From positions 1 through 53,936 of the forward strand of contig CAZKVI010000005.1 of NCBI GenBank assembly GCA_964556185.1: 53,936 bases of DNA, in the 5' to 3' direction. Under the pieces are notes generated by a model. The model worked only from the letters and a program-made list of their open reading frames with translations, was not told the DNA's origin and did no database searches. The DNA comes from an uncultured Methanosarcinales archaeon. GTDB taxonomy: Archaea; Nanobdellota; Nanobdellia; Woesearchaeales; DSVV01. Shown one piece after another: positions 16,512 to 25,501 of the stretch (within the stretch, counting starts at the first letter, position 1; the number at the start of each line of letters is the position of its first letter). A program made the position numbers and the translations under genes.

Positions 16512-18264
16512 AGTAATATTTACCTGATTTTTTCTGTTCTTGGTCTTTTACAGAATCCGGTTTGTTAATTCTTGGTCTTCCTGAGAGTGAATCTCTTCGT
16601 AAGGTGATGTTTACATCTTTTAGTAATGAGTTCATTCCTTTTTCCATTGCAAATGGACCTTGTACAATTCCGTTTTTAGCTGGTTCCCCTGAGAAAACTA
16701 ATAATCTATCTGAGATGTAGTCTAAGAACAAGATGTCGTGGTCGACAACTAAAATTGTTTTATTGTGTGCGTATGCAATATTTGCAATGATTTTAGATAG
16801 TAGGAGACGCATTTCAATGTCAAGATAAGCAGATGGTTCATCTAATAGGATTAAATGAGTATCTTGGCTTAATGCTTTTGCAATTGAAACTCTTTGTAAT
16901 TCTCCACCTGAAAGAGTGTTTAGTGGTTTTGTTAATAATGGTTCTATGCTTAATGGGTCCATGACATCATTTTTGTGTTTTTCATATTTATCTCCTAGCA
17001 TGGAAGCGACTACTTCATCTGAATCACTTTCAAGATATTGTGGTTTATATGAAACTGTTACTTCTGTATCTATTTCTCCTGAATCTGGTTTTATTACTCC
17101 TGCTAAGAGTTTGACAAATGTTGTTTTTCCAATCCCATTTTCTCCTAATATTCCAACAACTTCTCCTCTGTAAACTTCACCTGGGTCTGTTTTTAATGTG
17201 AAAGCTTCGAATTTCTTTGTTAATTCTGGCCAAGAGGTGAGTTTGTGTATGTGTTTTTTTGTATCTGGTGGTTTTATTTCGAATTTTATTTCAGAATCTC
17301 TAAATCTTACATTTTCTTCTTTTAGAAAACCCTCTAAGAATGTATTTATTGCTTCTTTTGTTGCTCTTGGATGTGCTGCTACTCCAAAACAAGCTTGTTT
17401 CCCATACATTATATGAATTAAGTCAGTCATATAATCTAAAGCAACTAGATCGTGTTCAATAACTAAAACAGATGTATTGTCGTCAGGAAGTTCTCTTAAA
17501 ATGTTTGTTATTTTTAGACGTTGTTTTATATCGAGATAGGATGTTGGTTCGTCGAAGATATATAAGTTAGCTTTTTTTAGTAAAGTGGCTGCAATTGCAA
17601 CTCTTTGTAATTCTCCACCTGAAATATCTTTAATATTGTGGTCTAGGAATTTTGTAAGTTCTAGTTTTTCTGCGATTTCATTTAGTTTATTTTGTTCATC
17701 TACTTTTTCTAATAATTGTCTGACTTTTCCTTTTGTTGTTTTTGGTATTAAGTCTACATTTTGTGGTTTGTAAGATACTTTAATTTCTCCTTTGTTAACT
17801 TTTTCGAAAAATAGGTGTGCTTCTGTGCCTTTGAATCTATCTATTATTTCTTCAGTTGATGCATCTTTTTCAAGATTTCCAAGATTAGGGTTCAATATTC
17901 CTGCTAAGATTTTGAATGCGGTTGATTTTCCTATTCCATTAATTCCTAGTGTGCCAACTGTTTTTCCGAATATTGGAATCGGTAAAGAGAAAAGTTCAAA
18001 CATATTTTTTCCATATCTGTGGATTGGATCTTTTTCAAGTGCTTGAGGAAGGTTGATTATATCAATTGCATTGAAAGGACAAGTATTTGAGCAAATACCA
18101 CAACCAATGCATAAAGGTTCATCTATGCCTGCTTTTTGGCCTTCTGCTTTGTATATGCAGTTTTCTCCTTTTCTGTTTATAGGACAGTATTTAATGCATT
18201 TGTAGACTCCACAACTTTCTGGGTTACACCTATCTTTATGTATAATGGCTAGTCTTTTTGTCAT
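16504..18264 (-). CDS. abce1: ABCE1 / RNase L inhibitor-type ribosome-recycling ATPase
   Basis: The N-terminus has two 4Fe-4S cysteine clusters (CNPESCGVYKCIKYCP and CIGCGICSNTCP). Two ABC cassettes follow (GINGIGKST...LSGGELQRV...IFDEP and GENGIGKTT...LSGGELQRV...LLDEP). Confidence 0.95.
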   Translation of the reverse strand: MTKRLAIIHKDRCNPESCGVYKCIKYCPINRKGENCIYKAEGQKAGIDEPLCIGCGICSNTCPFNAIDIINLPQALEKDPIHRYGKNMFELFSLPIPIFGKTVGTLGINGIGKSTAFKILAGILNPNLGNLEKDASTEEIIDRFKGTEAHLFFEKVNKGEIKVSYKPQNVDLIPKTTKGKVRQLLEKVDEQNKLNEIAEKLELTKFLDHNIKDISGGELQRVAIAATLLKKANLYIFDEPTSYLDIKQRLKITNILRELPDDNTSVLVIEHDLVALDYMTDLIHIMYGKQACFGVAAHPRATKEAINTFLEGFLKEENVRFRDSEIKFEIKPPDTKKHIHKLTSWPELTKKFEAFTLKTDPGEVYRGEVVGILGENGIGKTTFVKLLAGVIKPDSGEIDTEVTVSYKPQYLESDSDEVVASMLGDKYEKHKNDVMDPLSIEPLLTKPLNTLSGGELQRVSIAKALSQDTHLILLDEPSAYLDIEMRLLLSKIIANIAYAHNKTILVVDHDILFLDYISDRLLVFSGEPAKNGIVQGPFAMEKGMNSLLKDVNITLRRDSLSGRPRINKPDSVKDQEQKKSGKYYYA

Positions 18265-18315
18265 GTTTTTAAAGAGAAAGCAGGATTTTATAAAGATTTC
18301 TAGTGGTTTTGGTGT

Positions 18316-19341
18316 TTATTCTTGTTCAAGAACCCAATCTGTTAGTTTTATTTTGACAATTTTGCCTTGTTTAGATATTGAAATTATTTTCTTTTTTTCT
18401 AAGCTTTGTAATAATCTTGATAAAGTTGTTCTTGGAATTCCCAGTTCATGTCTTATTTTAGATTGAAGTTCTGTGTTAGCTTCTCTATCTTTTAGTAAAG
18501 ATATTATTGATGATTCTTTTTGGTTTAATGTTTTTATTATGCTATCTAAGCGTTTTGATTGCTTTGGTGTGTTTTTTATTGTTTGTTGGATTCTTGATTG
18601 TTGTTGATCTTTTTTTGTTTCTTGTATTTGTTTTGATAGTTTTTTTGATTTGAAAAACATATATGTGCTTATTAGTATGATTAATATTAGTAGTAAGGCA
18701 ATTAGGAAAAATAGTGTGTTGTTTGAGTTATCCTCTAGAATTACACTACTATCTAATTTTATTTCAATATCTTGAAGATCTCCTTGTTCAAGGTTTATTG
18801 TAGTTGACCCAACACTGTTTCCAGAAGTTGCTCTCACTATACATTCTCCTGTTGGCATTGCTTCAATAAAGAAACTTCCAAATTCATCTGTTGATTCTGG
18901 TACATAGGTAGTTGGGTTGAGATTAGCACATTCGAATTTTAATTTTGCATCACCAACTATATTATCTAAAGAATCTTTGACTACTCCCCTTAAAGAGGAT
19001 GATGGATTAAGAAGGATTAAGTTAACTTGGCCTTCTTCAATACTTAAGGATGATGTGTAAACAACATTGTAATAATCAAAGCCTTGTGTATCCATTAAAT
19101 CAACTGTAATTTCAATTAATTCTGGTTCTTCTGTAAGTGATAAAGTTGTAGGATTATCTTCTGAAACATATTTGTTGTATACTTCTGTACCTGGGTTAAA
19201 ATAGGCAACACACCCACATACTGGTTCAAGAGTTTCAATAGATTGAAATTCAAAAGTATAATCTATTGCATAAGCTGAAGAAACCAAGGTTAATGTGATT
19301 AATAATATTAATAATGATAGTGTTACTCTTTTCAACATCAT
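18316..19341 (-). CDS. Single-pass membrane protein: extracytoplasmic beta-rich (CarboxypepD_reg-like) domain, TM helix, cytoplasmic winged-HTH
   Basis: The signal or anchor is LSLLILLITLTLVSSAYA and the TM is LFFLIALLLILIILISTYMFF, followed by KSKK. The C-terminal wHTH-like segment is IISLLKDREANTELQSKIRHELGIPRTTLSRLLQSLEKKKIISISKQGKIVKIKLT. Confidence 0.6.
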   Translation of the reverse strand: MMLKRVTLSLLILLITLTLVSSAYAIDYTFEFQSIETLEPVCGCVAYFNPGTEVYNKYVSEDNPTTLSLTEEPELIEITVDLMDTQGFDYYNVVYTSSLSIEEGQVNLILLNPSSSLRGVVKDSLDNIVGDAKLKFECANLNPTTYVPESTDEFGSFFIEAMPTGECIVRATSGNSVGSTTINLEQGDLQDIEIKLDSSVILEDNSNNTLFFLIALLLILIILISTYMFFKSKKLSKQIQETKKDQQQSRIQQTIKNTPKQSKRLDSIIKTLNQKESSIISLLKDREANTELQSKIRHELGIPRTTLSRLLQSLEKKKIISISKQGKIVKIKLTDWVLEQE

Positions 19342-19473
19342 AATCCCTTATCTTTTTGTCAATATACTTAAAGTCAGAATGTATCTGACTTTTGTATATG
19401 CAAAAGCCATTAATTAAAAATTAATGCCTTTAAGCATATTTAAAGTTTCTGTTGATTAACCCTTAGTCCTGTC

Positions 19474-19511
19474 AAAAAATAAAAAAACCAACCACTGTTG
19501 GAGGTGGTTGG
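19474..19511 (-). terminator. Hairpin plus T-run terminator-like element downstream of the 19544 gene
   Basis: An 8-bp stem, ccaaccac (19488-19495) with gtggttgg (19504-19511), encloses an 8-nt loop. On the minus strand it is followed by a T-rich run (plus-strand A-run 19474-19487). Confidence 0.5.
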
Positions 19512-19543
19512 CTAAAGAGGTGATAAGGGCTTATCTGTGAGTG

Positions 19544-21097
19544 TTAGTCTTCACCAAACAATCTGGAAAACCAATTAGATATTTTCTCCATCATTGATTT
19601 TGTTTCTTTCAATTGATTAGCTAAATCTTCACAATTTCCGCTTAAACAAGAATTGCTCTTGCATTCAAAATCATTTTGACAAGCTAGGTTTTCTTCTTTT
19701 TGTTCTAGTAAATCTCCTGAAAGACCACAATAGACAGGAACACCTGTGTCATCAATTAGTCTTAAACCAATTGTTAAGCAAGTATTGTCTGTAGTACAAC
19801 CATCGCATTCTTCGATAGTTGTTGTGACTGTAACTGGTGTTTCTACTGCTGTTATGACATTTGATGCTGTGTTGCTGTCTGCTGCAGCTTCCATTGCATC
19901 AATGAATTCATCATACATTCCATCAACATAAGTGTATTCATCAATTACAACATCTAGATAATACTCTGCTAAATCTTCTGCTTTATCGTCTTCGTCGTCA
20001 TCTAGATACTCTTCAATGTCTTCTTCTGCTTCTTCTAATTCTTCACCAAGTTCTTCAATGTGTTCTTCTAGTTTTTCTAGTTCTTCTTCAATTTCTTCTT
20101 CATCATTTTCAGAGACCAATGGTTCGAATTCTTCCCAAGCATCAAGAATATCTTCGTAGATTTCTTCGATTTCTTGGTAAAATTCTTGGATGTCATCTAA
20201 CCTGTAATCAACCATTGTACTTGAATAACTTGAGGAGGTTGTTGTGATTACATTTGTCTCTTCTATGGCATATATCTTATGATCTTCATCAACACAGTGT
20301 CCATCTGAACAAGTATAACCAGAAGGGCAATCATATACATGATATTGTTGCCAACTTCCTGTACAAGAATATTCTACTACTTTTCCTTCATTTGAACCAT
20401 AAGTTATACAATAATCTTCATTTTCCATGAATCCTACTGTTCCATAATTTCCTGTTGTGGTGCCTTTCTCGTATAAATCAATACCTCCGTCAGAGTCTGA
20501 GCAAGCTTGATCTTCTTCTATTTCTTCAACCACAACTTCAACTACTTCTTCTATTGGAACTTCACCTTCACCAATAAAAGCGCCGTCATAACAAACATAA
20601 CCTTCAGGTGGGTAAACATATAAAACTCTTAAATAACCATCATTACAATATAATTCACCAACTTGTCCTGTAGATTCAACGCAAAATTCATCTTTCTCAT
20701 AATATGCTCCATTTACTCCCATGATTCCAGAAACATGACTTTTTGTGTAATAATCTTTGCCACCATCAGTGTCTTCGCAGCCCACATAAATTGTTTCTTC
20801 TCTTTCTACGCAAACACCTTCATAACATTCATAATTTTCATCACATTCAATATCTATGCTTGTTCCTTGGCCTTGTTCATTACAGTAAGTCTCAGATACT
20901 GCTTCTAAACCTTTACAAGTATCTTTATGACTATCATCCCATCCATTATAATACCAGTTTCCTTCAACTACGCCGTGAGTATATACATCAATACCACCAT
21001 CACTATCTACACACTCTGTTGCATTTACTGAGAATGCAAAAGCGATTGTTAACATTAAGGTTAACATCAAATAACATATTGTTTTTGTTAAATTCAT
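19544..21097 (-). CDS. Secreted acidic protein with three cysteine-rich DxDxDG-type modules, an acidic coiled coil and a conserved Cys-rich C-terminal module
   Basis: The signal peptide ends AFAFSVNA. Three ~70-aa repeats begin C.DSDGGIDVY, CEDTDGGKDYY and CSDSDGGIDLY. An E/D-rich helical region follows. The C-terminus is CQNDFECKSNSCLSGNCEDL...ISNWFSRLFG. The SD GGAGGAAATTAAAATG is identical to that of the next gene. Confidence 0.7.
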   Translation of the reverse strand: MNLTKTICYLMLTLMLTIAFAFSVNATECVDSDGGIDVYTHGVVEGNWYYNGWDDSHKDTCKGLEAVSETYCNEQGQGTSIDIECDENYECYEGVCVEREETIYVGCEDTDGGKDYYTKSHVSGIMGVNGAYYEKDEFCVESTGQVGELYCNDGYLRVLYVYPPEGYVCYDGAFIGEGEVPIEEVVEVVVEEIEEDQACSDSDGGIDLYEKGTTTGNYGTVGFMENEDYCITYGSNEGKVVEYSCTGSWQQYHVYDCPSGYTCSDGHCVDEDHKIYAIEETNVITTTSSSYSSTMVDYRLDDIQEFYQEIEEIYEDILDAWEEFEPLVSENDEEEIEEELEKLEEHIEELGEELEEAEEDIEEYLDDDEDDKAEDLAEYYLDVVIDEYTYVDGMYDEFIDAMEAAADSNTASNVITAVETPVTVTTTIEECDGCTTDNTCLTIGLRLIDDTGVPVYCGLSGDLLEQKEENLACQNDFECKSNSCLSGNCEDLANQLKETKSMMEKISNWFSRLFGED

Positions 21098-21109
21098 TTT
21101 AATTTCCTC

Positions 21110-22006
21110 CTAATTTCCAAATAATTTTGAAAACCATTTTTTGATTTTTTGAAACATTGATTGGGTTTCTTCTAATTGTGCTTCTAAGTCTTGACATGTT
21201 CCACTTAAACATGAGTTTGTTAAACATTCAAAATCATTTTGACATTCTTCATCATTTTTCTTTTGTTCAACTAATTCACCTGCTAGATTACAATAAACAG
21301 AATCTTCACTTTCATCAGTAAGTCTGAAACCAAAATCTACGCAAGATTCACCAGAAAGACAACCTTTGCAAGTGGTTTCTGGTTCTACAGGAAGAACATC
21401 GATATCTTCAGGTTCTTCATCTAGTTCTAGTTCTGTTATTTCATCAGCTTCTTGCTCTTCTGCAACTTGTTCTGCTTCTAGTTCTAGTTCTGCTTGCTCT
21501 TGTGCATATTCTTCTTCTGCTTGTTTCATTTCGTCAACAAGTTCTTTTTTCATATCTTCCATATGATCTAAGAAATCTTCCATATCATCAACAAGTTCTT
21601 CTGCTTCTTCCATCATTTCATCATGATCATCTGTATCTGTTATTTCAGTACTTGATAATATTTTTTGAGCATTATCATATAATTCTTCATCTAAATCATT
21701 AATTTCTTTTATGATAGATCTTTGAGTAGAATCTGAGATAAGGGTGTTATAGTGATTCCAATTGCTTACAATTTCTTCATAAACAGCATCTGCTTCCCTA
21801 TAAACTTCTTCTGCTTTATCTAATTGATCTAGTGAATACATAAGTTTCTCTATACTTGTTTGTGGATTATCAACCACTTCTCTTGGTTCAAGTGGTTGTA
21901 TGTTCACAGCACCTGGTTGGTCTAAGTACTTTGCTGCATTTGCTGAAAAAGCAAAAGCCATTGTCAAAACCAATAATGTTATTAAAATTGTAAATGTTTT
22001 TTTCAT
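21110..22006 (-). CDS. Secreted acidic coiled-coil protein sharing signal peptide and C-terminal Cys-rich module with the 19544 gene
   Basis: The signal peptide is MKKTFTILITLLVLTMAFAFSANA. The C-terminus is CQNDFECLTNSCLSGTCQDL...IKKWFSKLFGN. The ORF track start is TTG 22021, but ATG 22006 with a GGAGG SD is preferred. Confidence 0.7.
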   Translation of the reverse strand: MKKTFTILITLLVLTMAFAFSANAAKYLDQPGAVNIQPLEPREVVDNPQTSIEKLMYSLDQLDKAEEVYREADAVYEEIVSNWNHYNTLISDSTQRSIIKEINDLDEELYDNAQKILSSTEITDTDDHDEMMEEAEELVDDMEDFLDHMEDMKKELVDEMKQAEEEYAQEQAELELEAEQVAEEQEADEITELELDEEPEDIDVLPVEPETTCKGCLSGESCVDFGFRLTDESEDSVYCNLAGELVEQKKNDEECQNDFECLTNSCLSGTCQDLEAQLEETQSMFQKIKKWFSKLFGN

Positions 22007-22021
22007 TTTAATTTCCTCCAA

Positions 22022-22687
22022 TTAAGCAACAGCATTCCATGCTGTTTCACTTGTTTCCTCATCAAGAGGATAACCTACAACATTAAGTACAACTCTCCCT
22101 AATTGAAAAGTTGAGAATTTTGTTACAATTAATCCGTCATTTCTAAAACAAAGTCCATTAAAGCTATAAGAATCTGCTGCTGTTTCCCCATATAAATAAC
22201 AAGTACTACCAAAATCTGTTTCAAAAGAAAAGACTTCTAGGTTATTTGTATCAATTTGTGAAAGTGCATCTTCTTTTAATTGATTATCTGTTATTACTTT
22301 GATTTCATAAGTACATTCTGATTCAGAGCCATCTTGTAAAGAAACAACAACACATTGCCATGTATTTCCTTCATAAGAATTTGTTGTTCTTTTAAGTTGG
22401 CCTAGGCCACTATAATCAGAAACATGTTCGTAGAAAAGTAGTTCTCCATTTTCAACAATAACAGAATAAGTTGAATCAGTACTTCCGCCCGAAGTAGATC
22501 CCCTGTATTCATAATTTACTGTATATGACTCTATATTTGTGTTTAATAGAGCAATAAGCTCTTCTTTTGCTGATAATTCAACATTGGTTTCTGTGGTTGT
22601 ATCTTTGTCTTGGACAACTTCGCTTGAGCATCCAACTAAGAATGTTGCCAAGGTCAATGTTATTAAATAAAATATTTTTAATTTCAT
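22022..22687 (-). CDS. Putative lipoprotein, function unknown
   Basis: A signal peptide with a lipobox-like LVGCSS is followed by a beta-rich body. The ORF track start is GTG 22693, but ATG 22687 is preferred. The stop abuts the SD of the next gene. Confidence 0.6.
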   Translation of the reverse strand: MKLKIFYLITLTLATFLVGCSSEVVQDKDTTTETNVELSAKEELIALLNTNIESYTVNYEYRGSTSGGSTDSTYSVIVENGELLFYEHVSDYSGLGQLKRTTNSYEGNTWQCVVVSLQDGSESECTYEIKVITDNQLKEDALSQIDTNNLEVFSFETDFGSTCYLYGETAADSYSFNGLCFRNDGLIVTKFSTFQLGRVVLNVVGYPLDEETSETAWNAVA

Positions 22688-22819
22688 AAACACTAGTAAA
22701 GCAATACAAATATATAAGTCTTGGGCGGGGAAAAGATGTTATTTGAGGCCTTAGGACTGTCCAGATGTTTTTGTATTGGTTGATTACTGCCCATTTTGGG
22801 AAAGAAGGGTTGAAGGGGC

Positions 22820-24685
22820 TTATCTTCTTGATTTGTTCTTGTAATAAGCTAGAACTGTAGCAATTGCTAGAAGTGCTATGAATGATCCTAAGACTATCAA
22901 TTCTCTGCCTAATTCACTATAAGGGATATGGAAGAATATGATTTTTCTAAAGAGGTTTTCGCCTACTAAGAGTGGATTTAGGTTAGCTAGATAAGCTGCT
23001 AGTTCTGGCATGATTTCTACTGGGAATATTACATCTGAGAATAGGAAAATACCCAGGGCAAGGAAAGTACACATGATTACTGAGCTTTGCCTAGTGGGGA
23101 TTATATAACCTAAAATCATACCAATAAGGACAAATACAGTAGTTACTAAGAACATTGCAAAGGCTAATTGTGGGAATATTGAGAATACATCAATATGGAA
23201 GTTGAAGTATGCTACCAGCAATAGAACAAATAGTTGGATTGCAATTACTATCATATTTGTTATGTATAATCCAATAATGAATACAAGGTTGTTTATTGGG
23301 AGTAAAAAGTTTCGGAAATACGCTGGATTGTGGATTTCATTTAATACAACCATATTTGAAAGTAGTATTGATATGAAGGTTATTACAAATACTAATAATA
23401 TTGGGAAAATTAAATGGATTTTTTCTAGATCTCCTAAAACTGGTGAGAATTCTGTATTAATTGGGTTTACTAGTTGTTCTGCACTTGATTCATCAAATTG
23501 AGAAAATTGTGTGATTGTTTTATCTATTTCTGCTGCTAATTTATTTATTTCGATAATTGCTTGGTCTAATTTTGGAAGAGTGGTGTCAATATATGTTATT
23601 GAATCATTTAAAAGATTGTGAACATTATCAAGTTCTACTACTATGTTGTCTATTTCATCCAGTAAATTGAGTGTTTGTTCAGAGGTTATTGTTGCTACAG
23701 AACCTGTTGTTTGTATTGCATCTATTGTTTCATCTATTAATAATTGTGTATCTGAAATTGTGAATAAAGTATCATCGTAAATTGTTGTATTAAGGTAGAG
23801 TTTTTCTAGATCTGCTATTGGGATTGGTGCGCCAATTAATATAACATAATCAATAAAGTCAGAAAGTCTGTCATTGTACTCTTCTGTATAATCTGTAAAA
23901 GATTCTTCATTGTCTAAGATAAATATGGTTAAAATGTCTAATTGATTTTGTATGTTTTCAAGATCATCTGTGATATTGTTTAGATTTTCTTGTGCTTCAA
24001 TAAAATCATTTAATATTTCTTGGTTTTTATTGATTTTATCTTGGAATCCCTTAATTTGAAGATATTTTGGTTCAAATGCGTCTTGTGTTTGTTGAAGTTG
24101 AACTTTTAGTTGTAGTAGTTCTAGACGCATTACTTGGACTTCTTTTCTTAGTTGAGTTAAATTTTGTTGGGCTGTTTGCATCTTTGCAACGAAATCTCCG
24201 ACGTCACTAAAAATAGCTTGAGTTGCTTCCAAAGTTATTGCTTGACTTGTAAGGGCAACTTTTTCATTAAGATAATCTAGAATATATTTTATTAGGTTGT
24301 ATCTTGAATTGTCATAGTAGAATATTATTTGACCAGAACCTGCATTGCCTGTTCTTACGTCGTATTCAAAATCTTGGGTAAATTCAACACAAAGGTGTGT
24401 TGTCGAGAGATTCATTGCTAAAATGCAACTATCTAGTGTTTTAAATTTATGAATTGTCATTTCTGGTGTTTGTAATTCTTGGAGTAATGGGTCTATTTTC
24501 TTATAATCTGTTGAATAAACACCCATGTTTATATCGTGTAATTCATCTCCTTGAAAAGCAAAGCCAAGGATGAGTATTAATAACATTGGACCAAGAATTA
24601 ACAATAATATAGATGTCCAACTTCTAAAAACTATTTTAAGGTTTTTTATTATTATGAATAATAGTCTTTTGCTGAATTTTAACAT
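22820..24685 (-). CDS. ABC-2-type permease with a very large extracytoplasmic coiled-coil loop (YhgE/Pip-like architecture)
   Basis: An N-terminal TM (ILLLILGPMLLILILGF) precedes a ~380-aa Q/L/E-rich helical region. Five C-terminal TM helices follow. Confidence 0.7.
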   Translation of the reverse strand: MLKFSKRLLFIIIKNLKIVFRSWTSILLLILGPMLLILILGFAFQGDELHDINMGVYSTDYKKIDPLLQELQTPEMTIHKFKTLDSCILAMNLSTTHLCVEFTQDFEYDVRTGNAGSGQIIFYYDNSRYNLIKYILDYLNEKVALTSQAITLEATQAIFSDVGDFVAKMQTAQQNLTQLRKEVQVMRLELLQLKVQLQQTQDAFEPKYLQIKGFQDKINKNQEILNDFIEAQENLNNITDDLENIQNQLDILTIFILDNEESFTDYTEEYNDRLSDFIDYVILIGAPIPIADLEKLYLNTTIYDDTLFTISDTQLLIDETIDAIQTTGSVATITSEQTLNLLDEIDNIVVELDNVHNLLNDSITYIDTTLPKLDQAIIEINKLAAEIDKTITQFSQFDESSAEQLVNPINTEFSPVLGDLEKIHLIFPILLVFVITFISILLSNMVVLNEIHNPAYFRNFLLPINNLVFIIGLYITNMIVIAIQLFVLLLVAYFNFHIDVFSIFPQLAFAMFLVTTVFVLIGMILGYIIPTRQSSVIMCTFLALGIFLFSDVIFPVEIMPELAAYLANLNPLLVGENLFRKIIFFHIPYSELGRELIVLGSFIALLAIATVLAYYKNKSRR

Positions 24686-25419
24686 TTCTTATCTCCTTTT
24701 ACTATTTTTTCAAATACTTCTGTGAAATTCTTTGTTTTTGGATATTTTTTTGAGATTTTTGTTGGAGATTCTGCTTTTAATAATCTGCCATGGTTTAGTA
24801 TCCCAACCCTATCGCAATGTTTTTCTATAAAATCTAAAAGATGAGAAGTTACAATTATTGTTTTGCCGTCATCTCTTATTTGTTCAATAAGTTTCCAGAT
24901 GCTTTTTCTTATAATTGGGTCTAGGCCTGTTGTTGGTTCATCTAAGATTAATATTTCTGGATCATGTATTAATGAGATTGCAAAATCTAAACGTCTTTTC
25001 ATTCCACCAGAGACTTTTTTTGCTAGTAAATTTTTTGATTTTTTTAGATCTGTTAAATCTAAAAGGTGGTTTACTTGTTCTTTGAGTTTTTTCCCTGGCA
25101 GATCATACATTCTTCCATAATAATTTAGATTTTCTTTGATAGTTAATTCTGGGTAAAAAGAGTTTTCCTGTGTGCAAAAGCCAACTATTTTTCTTATGAT
25201 ATGTTGTTTTTTTGTGACATCTTGAGATTTGTAGATAATTTTACCAGAATTGATTGGATGATAACCAATAAGAATTCTTAGAAGTGTGGTTTTTCCAGCT
25301 CCGCTTTTACCTATGAATCCATAGATTTCTTTTTCATAAAGATCCATATTTAGATTTTTGATGACTTTTACTTTACCAAAGCCTTTGTGAATGCCTTGAA
25401 AGCTGATTAATGGGCCCAT
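24679..25419 (-). CDS. ABC transporter ATP-binding protein
   Basis: Walker A is GKSGAGKTT, the signature is VSGGMKRRL and Walker B is ILILDEPTTGLD. The start is set at MGPLISF (ATG 25419). The 45-codon upstream extension in the ORF track overlaps tyrS and looks like translated spacer. Confidence 0.85.
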   Translation of the reverse strand: MGPLISFQGIHKGFGKVKVIKNLNMDLYEKEIYGFIGKSGAGKTTLLRILIGYHPINSGKIIYKSQDVTKKQHIIRKIVGFCTQENSFYPELTIKENLNYYGRMYDLPGKKLKEQVNHLLDLTDLKKSKNLLAKKVSGGMKRRLDFAISLIHDPEILILDEPTTGLDPIIRKSIWKLIEQIRDDGKTIIVTSHLLDFIEKHCDRVGILNHGRLLKAESPTKISKKYPKTKNFTEVFEKIVKGDKKC

Positions 25420-25501
25420 ATAGTATTTTGAGGTTCTGGACAATATAAAGTTAATGGTTAAGAGGGTTAAATTTAAATAGAAAATAAAGTTTAAGGTCAA
25501 T

